A stretch of DNA of 64,000 bases from an uncultured bacterium (GTDB lineage: Bacteria > Fidelibacterota > Marinisomatia > Marinisomatales > JACNKV01), in the NCBI GenBank assembly GCA_964422145.1, contig CAYQZV010000010.1, positions 694 to 64,693 of the forward strand. The letters are read 5' to 3'. Made by a program: the position numbers and the translations under genes. Of this stretch, positions 58,105 to 64,000 are shown piece by piece (the stretch's first letter is position 1; each line of letters starts with the position of its first letter). The notes beneath the pieces were generated by a model. That model was given only the letters and a program-made list of their open reading frames with translations. It ran no database searches and was not told the origin of the DNA.

Positions 58105-59919
58105 ATGAAACTCAGATCTATTCTTGCCACGGATTGCGGCAGTACAACCACAAAAGCAATCCTAATTGAATATGTTGACGGTGAATACCGGTTACGCTTT
58201 CGAGGAGAAGCTCCGACGACCGTTGAAGCACCATTTGAAGATGTCACAAAAGGAGTGTTAAATGCGGTCGGTGAGGTCGAAGAGCTTTCCGGGCGTAAAT
58301 TGCTTAACGAAGGACAAATCCTTACACCGCAAAAAGAAGATGTCGGTGTCGATATTTATATTTCTACAAGCTCGGCAGGCGGCGGATTACAGATGATGGT
58401 TGCCGGTGTGGTGAAATCCATGACCGGAGAAAGTGCTGAACGTGCCGCTTTGGGCGCAGGATCAATCGTAATGGACGTTCTTGCAGCAAATGATGGAAGA
58501 ATGCCTCATGAAAAAATCCAACGGATACGGCAGCTTCGCCCTGATATGATATTACTGTCCGGAGGGATTGACGGCGGAACAACAAAACATGTTGTGGAAC
58601 TTGCAGAAATTTTACATGCTGCAAATCCGAGACCCCGCTTAGGTCAGGATTATAAACTGCCTGTGATTTTTGCCGGAAATAAAAATGCCCAAGGAGAGAT
58701 CGAAAAAACACTGGATGAGATGACAGATCTGACCGTCGTCGAAAATATTCGCCCCGTCCTTGAACGTGAAAATCTGAATCCTTCCAGAGATAAAATCCAT
58801 GACTTATTTATGGAACATGTGATGCAACAGGCACCCGGATATAAAAAATTAATGTCATGGACGGATGCACCTATTATGCCAACACCGGGTGCTGTAGGCT
58901 CATTGATTGAGATGATTGCCGAACAAGAGAAGATAAGCGTTGTTGGTGTTGACATTGGTGGTGCGACAACGGACATTTTTTCCGTATTCCAAGGGCAGTT
59001 TAACCGTACGGTGAGTGCGAATTTGGGTATGAGTTACTCGGTATGTAACGTACTGGCTGAAGCGGGAATGGAGAACGTTTTGCGCTGGGTGCCGTTTGAT
59101 ATCGATGAAAAAGAATTAAATAACCGGATCGGAAATAAGATGATCCGTCCAACTACCGTTCCACAATCCTTAGAAGAATTGGTGATTGAGCAGGCGATTG
59201 CACGCGAAGCACTTCGATTATCTTTCATTCAGCATAAAGCTTTTGCTGTGAACTTAAAAGGTGTCCAGAAAGAACGAACCATCTCAGATGCTTTTGAACA
59301 ATCTGAATCTGGAGAATCTCTTGTCGATATGATGGAATTAGATCTGCTTGTAGGATCCGGCGGGGTATTATCCCATGCTCCGAGACGTGAACAATCTGCA
59401 CGGATGCTGATCGATGCATTTTTACCCGTAGGAATTACTGAACTGGCAGTTGATTCGATCTTCATGATGCCGCAGTTAGGTGTTTTAGCCAATATTGAAA
59501 AAGATGAATTCAAAGAAGACGGCCGAAAAGCCGCAGTAGAAGTTTTTGAAAAAGATTGTTTGATCCGTTTAGGGACTTGTATTGCTCCTATAGGAAAATA
59601 TAAGTTAAACCAAACCGTGATGACGGCCGAGTTTACATTTTCTGACGGAAAAAAAGAACGATACGATGTGAACACCGGTGACTTGATCATGATAAAAATT
59701 CCATATGAACCAATTGAAGCTGTACTGACACCAGGACGTGGATACGATTTGGGTGCAGGTAAGGGAGAGATCATCAATACGACGGTTTACGGTGGTGTAA
59801 CCGGATTGATCTTAGACGGACGTGGAAGACCACTTGAACTTCCTGAAACCAAAGAAGAAAGAATCGCACATTTATCAAAATGGTCTAAAGAAACAAATGA
59901 GTATCCTGAACTCGGATAA
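58105..59919 (+). CDS. GlmL (glutamate mutase L)-like ASKHA/actin-fold ATPase, 604 aa
   Basis: Phosphate-1 motif DCGSTTTK; STSSAGGGL; LLSGGIDGG; MPTPGAV; phosphate-2 motif DIGGATTD; RTVSANLGM; GSGGVLSH. Confidence 0.8.
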   Translation: MKLRSILATDCGSTTTKAILIEYVDGEYRLRFRGEAPTTVEAPFEDVTKGVLNAVGEVEELSGRKLLNEGQILTPQKEDVGVDIYISTSSAGGGLQMMVAGVVKSMTGESAERAALGAGSIVMDVLAANDGRMPHEKIQRIRQLRPDMILLSGGIDGGTTKHVVELAEILHAANPRPRLGQDYKLPVIFAGNKNAQGEIEKTLDEMTDLTVVENIRPVLERENLNPSRDKIHDLFMEHVMQQAPGYKKLMSWTDAPIMPTPGAVGSLIEMIAEQEKISVVGVDIGGATTDIFSVFQGQFNRTVSANLGMSYSVCNVLAEAGMENVLRWVPFDIDEKELNNRIGNKMIRPTTVPQSLEELVIEQAIAREALRLSFIQHKAFAVNLKGVQKERTISDAFEQSESGESLVDMMELDLLVGSGGVLSHAPRREQSARMLIDAFLPVGITELAVDSIFMMPQLGVLANIEKDEFKEDGRKAAVEVFEKDCLIRLGTCIAPIGKYKLNQTVMTAEFTFSDGKKERYDVNTGDLIMIKIPYEPIEAVLTPGRGYDLGAGKGEIINTTVYGGVTGLILDGRGRPLELPETKEERIAHLSKWSKETNEYPELG

Positions 59920-59960
59920 AATTAGATAATTATTAAAATTAAGAAAAAGTTAAGTACATT

Positions 59961-61088
59961 ATGGCACATGCATATACACCCGGTTTAAAAGTTTTACACG
60001 AAGCAAAAGTAGTAAAGGAACGGCGACTCCCGCTAAGAGGGAATGTGGTTGTATCTGAAAATCAAATTCTATCTCCTGATGATATTGTTGCTACGACCAA
60101 TCTTCCGGGGAATGTTCGGATGGTGAATGTTGCGAATCTCTTGAATATCGATGCACAGGATATTCGTGAAGTGATGATTTTAAAAGAAGGTGATGAAGTC
60201 CAAAAAGACGGAATGATGGCAGAAACAAAAGGAATCTTTGGATTATTCAAATCACAAGCTGTATCTCCCATCGATGGTACGATCGAAGCGGTATCTGAAA
60301 TAACCGGACAAGTGACCCTTCGTGAAGCACCGATCCCTGTGGAAGTGGATGCTTACGTTTGCGGATGTTGTAAAGAAATATTACCTGATGAAGGTGTCAT
60401 GGTTGAAACCGATGCGGTTTTTATTCAAGGGATTTTCGGAATCGGCGGTGAGAACCGGGGAGATTTGAAAGTGGTTGTGGATTCAAGAGAAGACGCTTTG
60501 ACCGAAGATTTGCTCACACCGGATTTGAAAGGAAAAATAGTTGTCGGTGGATCCTTTATCAGTCTGGAAGCTTATAAAAAAGCGATGGATTTGGAAATCG
60601 CCGGAATCGTCATCGGCGGATTTAATTACCATGATCTTGAAGACATTTTAGGGTATACGTTAGGAGTTGCCATCACCGGTTCAGAGGATCTGCCAACTTC
60701 ACTTATTGTTACTGAAGGGTATGGAAATATTCGAATGGGAAGTCGGACGTATGATCTGCTTAAACAGCATGAAGGAAAATTTGCTTCCGTCAACGGAGCT
60801 ACCCAGATACGAGCGGGAGTGATTCGACCGGAGATTGTGATTCCATTATCCGAAGATGAATTAAAGGGGGACCATAAAGATATCCACGCGTCGGAAGGAA
60901 TTCAACCGGGGAGTATCGTCCGTGTTATTCGTGCTCCATACTTCGGAAGAATGGGAACGGTATCCGCATTACCTGCACCGCTGCAGAAAATGGAATCTGA
61001 GACGATGGTTCGAGTAGCTGAGGTTGAAATTGACGGAGAGAATATTTTGATTCCGCGTGCAAACCTTGAGATGGTTGAAACGGATTGA
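59961..61088 (+). CDS. Conserved-looking hypothetical protein with barrel-sandwich-hybrid-like N-part and C-terminal KOW-like motif
   Basis: LKEGDEVQKDGMMA...SPIDGTIEAV (hybrid-motif pattern); IQGIFGIGGE; TEGYG; IQPGSIVRVIRAPYFGRMGTV (KOW-like). Confidence 0.7.
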   Translation: MAHAYTPGLKVLHEAKVVKERRLPLRGNVVVSENQILSPDDIVATTNLPGNVRMVNVANLLNIDAQDIREVMILKEGDEVQKDGMMAETKGIFGLFKSQAVSPIDGTIEAVSEITGQVTLREAPIPVEVDAYVCGCCKEILPDEGVMVETDAVFIQGIFGIGGENRGDLKVVVDSREDALTEDLLTPDLKGKIVVGGSFISLEAYKKAMDLEIAGIVIGGFNYHDLEDILGYTLGVAITGSEDLPTSLIVTEGYGNIRMGSRTYDLLKQHEGKFASVNGATQIRAGVIRPEIVIPLSEDELKGDHKDIHASEGIQPGSIVRVIRAPYFGRMGTVSALPAPLQKMESETMVRVAEVEIDGENILIPRANLEMVETD

Positions 61089-61095
61089 TTACCAA

Positions 61096-61425
61096 ATGAT
61101 AAATACAGTGAACCAACCGGATATAGCACAAATACAGACAGAAGACAGTGCGGATATTTTATTTATCCGGAGGGTAGCAAAACGAATCTATGATTCAGGT
61201 TTCGTCACACCCGCTGTATTTTTTTTGGAAATGAGCAAACCGCTTGCCTTATTGGGTAGTCATGCGATGGTGTTTTTCGGTCCGATCATTTCAGCTTTTA
61301 TCAATGCTGAAGGTTATTATAAAGCGGCAGAAATTTTTGAAGAACCTAAAAATGTTGAAAAATTAATTGAAGAAATCGAGAGATTTGCTGCAGATGAGAA
61401 AAAAACAGAGACATCAAATCAATGA
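61096..61425 (+). CDS. Small hypothetical protein of the GlmL-like cluster
   Basis: Starts 7 nt after the previous stop; VTPAVFFLEMSKPL; one moderately hydrophobic stretch. Confidence 0.65.
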   Translation: MINTVNQPDIAQIQTEDSADILFIRRVAKRIYDSGFVTPAVFFLEMSKPLALLGSHAMVFFGPIISAFINAEGYYKAAEIFEEPKNVEKLIEEIERFAADEKKTETSNQ

Positions 61426-61464
61426 TCTGTTTCATTTCTGCAGTATTAAACATAAGGAGAACCA

Positions 61465-62328
61465 ATGAAAGATAAACAATTTTGGATCACAGGTGCGGTG
61501 TTAACCGTCGCCTTTTTGATCTATTGGATCTTGGGACATCCCGGATTCAACAGTGACCGGATTGTCATGTTCATTGCGATTGTCATCATGGCTGGTACAT
61601 TGCTGTACTATATCCGTATGGCACATCGCGGGGACAAATTTTTTCTGCGCACAATCCCGGGTTTGAAAGCCGTCGAAGAAGCGGTCGGACGATCCACAGA
61701 GATGGGAAAACCGGTTTTATACGTTCCGGGTATTATGGATATGGATCAGGTTGAGACTGTCGCCGGGGTGATCGTTCTTGGACACGTTGCCAAGATGACC
61801 GCACGGTATGAAACGTCACTCAATGTGCCTGTTTCACGGTCCATCGTGATGAAAGCCGGAAGGGAAGCGGTACGGGAATCGTACACACTTGAAGGCCGCC
61901 CGGATTTATTTCATGAGGACATCGTGCATTATCTGACAGATGACCAGTTTGCTTATGCCGCAGGGGTGAACGGAATCATGAATCGGGAAAAGCCCGCAGC
62001 ATGTTTATATATGGGTAAATTTTTCGCCGAATCGCTTATTCTTGCTGAAACTGGGAACTCAATCGGTGCTATCCAAATCGCCGGAACAGCTTCTCAGTCC
62101 CAGATCCCTTTCTTTGTCACAGCCTGTGACTACACACTTATTGGTGAGGAATTTTTTGCAGCGAGTGCTTACTTGTCCCAAAAACCCGAATTGCTTGGTG
62201 GAGTCAAAGGACAAGATATGCTGAAAGCCGGGATCACATTTGCGATTATTCTCGCGGTTATTTTTAGACTTCTCCACGATCTGGGATGGATCTCATGGAG
62301 CGTCACAAACTTTTTAACGGTACAATAG
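61465..62328 (+). CDS. DUF6754-like membrane protein
   Basis: AAGGAG RBS; two N-terminal TMs; LRTIPGLKAVEEAVGRSTEMGKPVLYVPG; PFFVTACDYTLIGEEFFAASAYLS; C-terminal TM. Family name is from recall. Confidence 0.7.
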   Translation: MKDKQFWITGAVLTVAFLIYWILGHPGFNSDRIVMFIAIVIMAGTLLYYIRMAHRGDKFFLRTIPGLKAVEEAVGRSTEMGKPVLYVPGIMDMDQVETVAGVIVLGHVAKMTARYETSLNVPVSRSIVMKAGREAVRESYTLEGRPDLFHEDIVHYLTDDQFAYAAGVNGIMNREKPAACLYMGKFFAESLILAETGNSIGAIQIAGTASQSQIPFFVTACDYTLIGEEFFAASAYLSQKPELLGGVKGQDMLKAGITFAIILAVIFRLLHDLGWISWSVTNFLTVQ

Positions 62329-62338
62329 GAGGGATATC

Positions 62339-63157
62339 ATGCTTTGGAAAAGACAAATACCAATTCTCATTGTCACTGTTGTTGGATTCTTGACCTTATT
62401 CGGTTGGTTCATTGAAAATCCAACGATTGAATCCTTTGTCAATGATGATGCAACACAATGGTATGACATCCTTGCGAGTTTTGCGATCATTCTGGGTGCA
62501 TTGAACTTACTGAAATTGCAGGGGCGGAAGATTATTAAAAAGCAATCAGGATGGTTCTACAGTATTTTTGCCATCGGAGGATTTATTTTTGCGATGACCG
62601 CCGGATTCATTGTTAAGGGAAGTGAAACCGTGGCATGGGGTTCCCATGTAACGAGTGAAGGAACACTCTTCAAATGGATGTTCGAATTCATGTTCACACC
62701 CCTCTCAGCTACGATGTTCGCGCTGTTGGCTTTCTTCGTAGCGTCAGCATCGTACAGAGCTTTCAGAATCCGCAATTTTGAAGCCACTTTGCTGCTGGTT
62801 TCAGGAATTATCATCATGCTTGGGCGCGTCCCTCTTGGAAGCAGCATTTCATCTTGGTTTGTGATGTATCTCCTTGTCTTGATCGCTGGGATTGCTGTGA
62901 ATGCCAAGTGGGCCAATAAGCAGATCACCTTTGGAGTTGTCCTTGCCGGCGTTGTGATCGTAACGATTGCCGGAGTAATGACAGGATGGCCTCTGGATCA
63001 GCCGGGAATCTTTTACCTGCCTATCCTTCAAGAGTGGATTTATAATAACCCCAATGTTGCCGGTGCTCGTGCGATTATGATCGGTATCGGATTGGGAATT
63101 TTTGCAACCTCGATTCGATATATTCTTGGAATCGAAAAATCTTATATCGGGGAGTAA
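62339..63157 (+). CDS. Polytopic membrane protein of unknown function
   Basis: GGAGG RBS; about 8 hydrophobic segments; PLSATMFALLAFFVASASYRAFR; AGARAIMIGIGLG. Confidence 0.75.
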   Translation: MLWKRQIPILIVTVVGFLTLFGWFIENPTIESFVNDDATQWYDILASFAIILGALNLLKLQGRKIIKKQSGWFYSIFAIGGFIFAMTAGFIVKGSETVAWGSHVTSEGTLFKWMFEFMFTPLSATMFALLAFFVASASYRAFRIRNFEATLLLVSGIIIMLGRVPLGSSISSWFVMYLLVLIAGIAVNAKWANKQITFGVVLAGVVIVTIAGVMTGWPLDQPGIFYLPILQEWIYNNPNVAGARAIMIGIGLGIFATSIRYILGIEKSYIGE

Positions 63158-64000
63158 ATGATGAAATATCTAAGTGAATTAATCTTACAATTAGGAAAAG
63201 TAGATCGCAGATGGATCTTCCTGATTATTGCTCTTGTAGTATTATTGCCGTTGTTTTTCCCGATTGGGCTGCCTATCCGTCCAACGGATTCAACTCAAAC
63301 CGCTTATAATGCGATGGATGAACTCGAACCCGATTCGAAAGTATTGATTTCGTTTGAATACGGCCCCAGTACAAAACCGGAAATTCATCCCATGACTTTC
63401 GCCATTCTTCGGCATCTGTTCTCCAAAGGACACAAAGTTTATATCACGTGTCTCTGGCCGGACGGACAGTTCATGGCTGAAGATGCTATCGAGCAGATCG
63501 CTGAAAATGAATTTAACCTGACCTACGGTGAGGATTATGTCCTTTTGGGATTCCGTCCGGGAAATGAAGCGGTTATAAAAGGGATCGTCAGCAATATGCG
63601 GAAACTCTATACGACTGATGCTCGCGGTAATTTGGTGGATGATATCCCATTGATGAAAGATGTGAATCAATTAGCTGATTTTGATTTTATCTTCTCTGCA
63701 TCAGCAGGATTCCCCGGAACCGTTGAATGGGTTCAATACGGTGCGGATCCGACCGGTGTTCCGATGAGTACAGGTGTGACATCGATCCAAGTGAACGAAG
63801 TGATGCCTTATGTGCAAAGCGGACAGGTTAACGGTATTTTAGCCGGGATGCCGGGTGCAGCAGAATATGAAGCGCTTGTGGGTGTTCCCGGTATTGGTAC
63901 CAGCGGGATGGATGCCCAATCGGTTGCGCATTTAGTGATTGTACTTTTCATTGTTTTTGGTAATATCGCGTTTTTCATTGAACGCGGACGACAGAAAAAA
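63158..64000 (+). CDS. Membrane-anchored hypothetical protein (stop lies beyond the window)
   Basis: Not in the ORF track; hand translation MMKYLSELILQLGKVDRRWIFLIIALVVLLPLFFPIGLP...FEYGPSTKPEIHP...YGEDYVLLGFRPG...EWVQYG...PYVQSGQVNGILAGMPGAAEYEAL...MDAQSVAHLVIVLFIVFGNIAFF; open for 281 codons. Confidence 0.8.
   Translation, partial: MMKYLSELILQLGKVDRRWIFLIIALVVLLPLFFPIGLPIRPTDSTQTAYNAMDELEPDSKVLISFEYGPSTKPEIHPMTFAILRHLFSKGHKVYITCLWPDGQFMAEDAIEQIAENEFNLTYGEDYVLLGFRPGNEAVIKGIVSNMRKLYTTDARGNLVDDIPLMKDVNQLADFDFIFSASAGFPGTVEWVQYGADPTGVPMSTGVTSIQVNEVMPYVQSGQVNGILAGMPGAAEYEALVGVPGIGTSGMDAQSVAHLVIVLFIVFGNIAFFIERGRQKK

Noticed and set aside
59229..59777. 182-aa antisense ORF and the many other 60-140-aa nested or antisense ORFs
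   Set aside because: They lie within well-supported genes, lack recognisable motifs, and show the S/I/P/T bias typical of antisense shadows.
58105..59919. DNA mismatch-repair MutL partnering mutS
   Set aside because: Name coincidence only: the motifs are ASKHA (DxGSTxTK, DIGGATTD), not GHKL.
61086..61193. Sec readthrough at other TGA stops (e.g. 61086-61088, 16624-16626, 44178-44180)
   Set aside because: These TGAs fall at natural C-termini with no Cys-equivalent motif and are followed soon by further stops.

Overview
A gene-dense, moderately AT-rich bacterial chromosomal segment with almost all genes on the + strand. Several traits suggest the FCB superphylum, most plausibly a Marinimicrobia-like organism (inference): a sensor-less sigma-54 activator next to lptE, a PorV-like protein, a T9SS-type C-terminal sorting domain and acidic DxDxDG loops. 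Most content is housekeeping: plsX, pyrK/pyrD, rlpA, acs, uvrB, galE, selA, selB, mutS, lepB, tRNA-Leu(CAA), fadD, gpsA, dut, CIRCE-groES-groEL, comEC, rnhB and cdsA, plus exported peptidases (M16, C1B, M1). No CRISPR array, IS element, integrase or prophage was seen. Highlights: (1) an uncharacterised, probably co-transcribed cluster at the right end (cdsA, a long GlmL-like actin-fold ATPase with no glutamate mutase in the window, a barrel-sandwich/KOW protein, a small protein and at least three membrane proteins), the best candidate for an undescribed system; (2) a CxxU SelW/Rdx selenoprotein gene with a candidate SECIS that the ORF track misses (44209-44430); (3) a dUTPase resembling the apicomplexan type; (4) comEC overlapping an RNase HII-YraN fusion; (5) an ~80-nt orphan RNA hairpin behind its own promoter-like signal; (6) recurring -10 boxes 5-7 nt before ATG, suggesting leaderless mRNAs; (7) a compositionally mosaic secreted-protein locus next to a perfect 24-bp palindrome. 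Family assignments come from motif recognition only; no searches were run.
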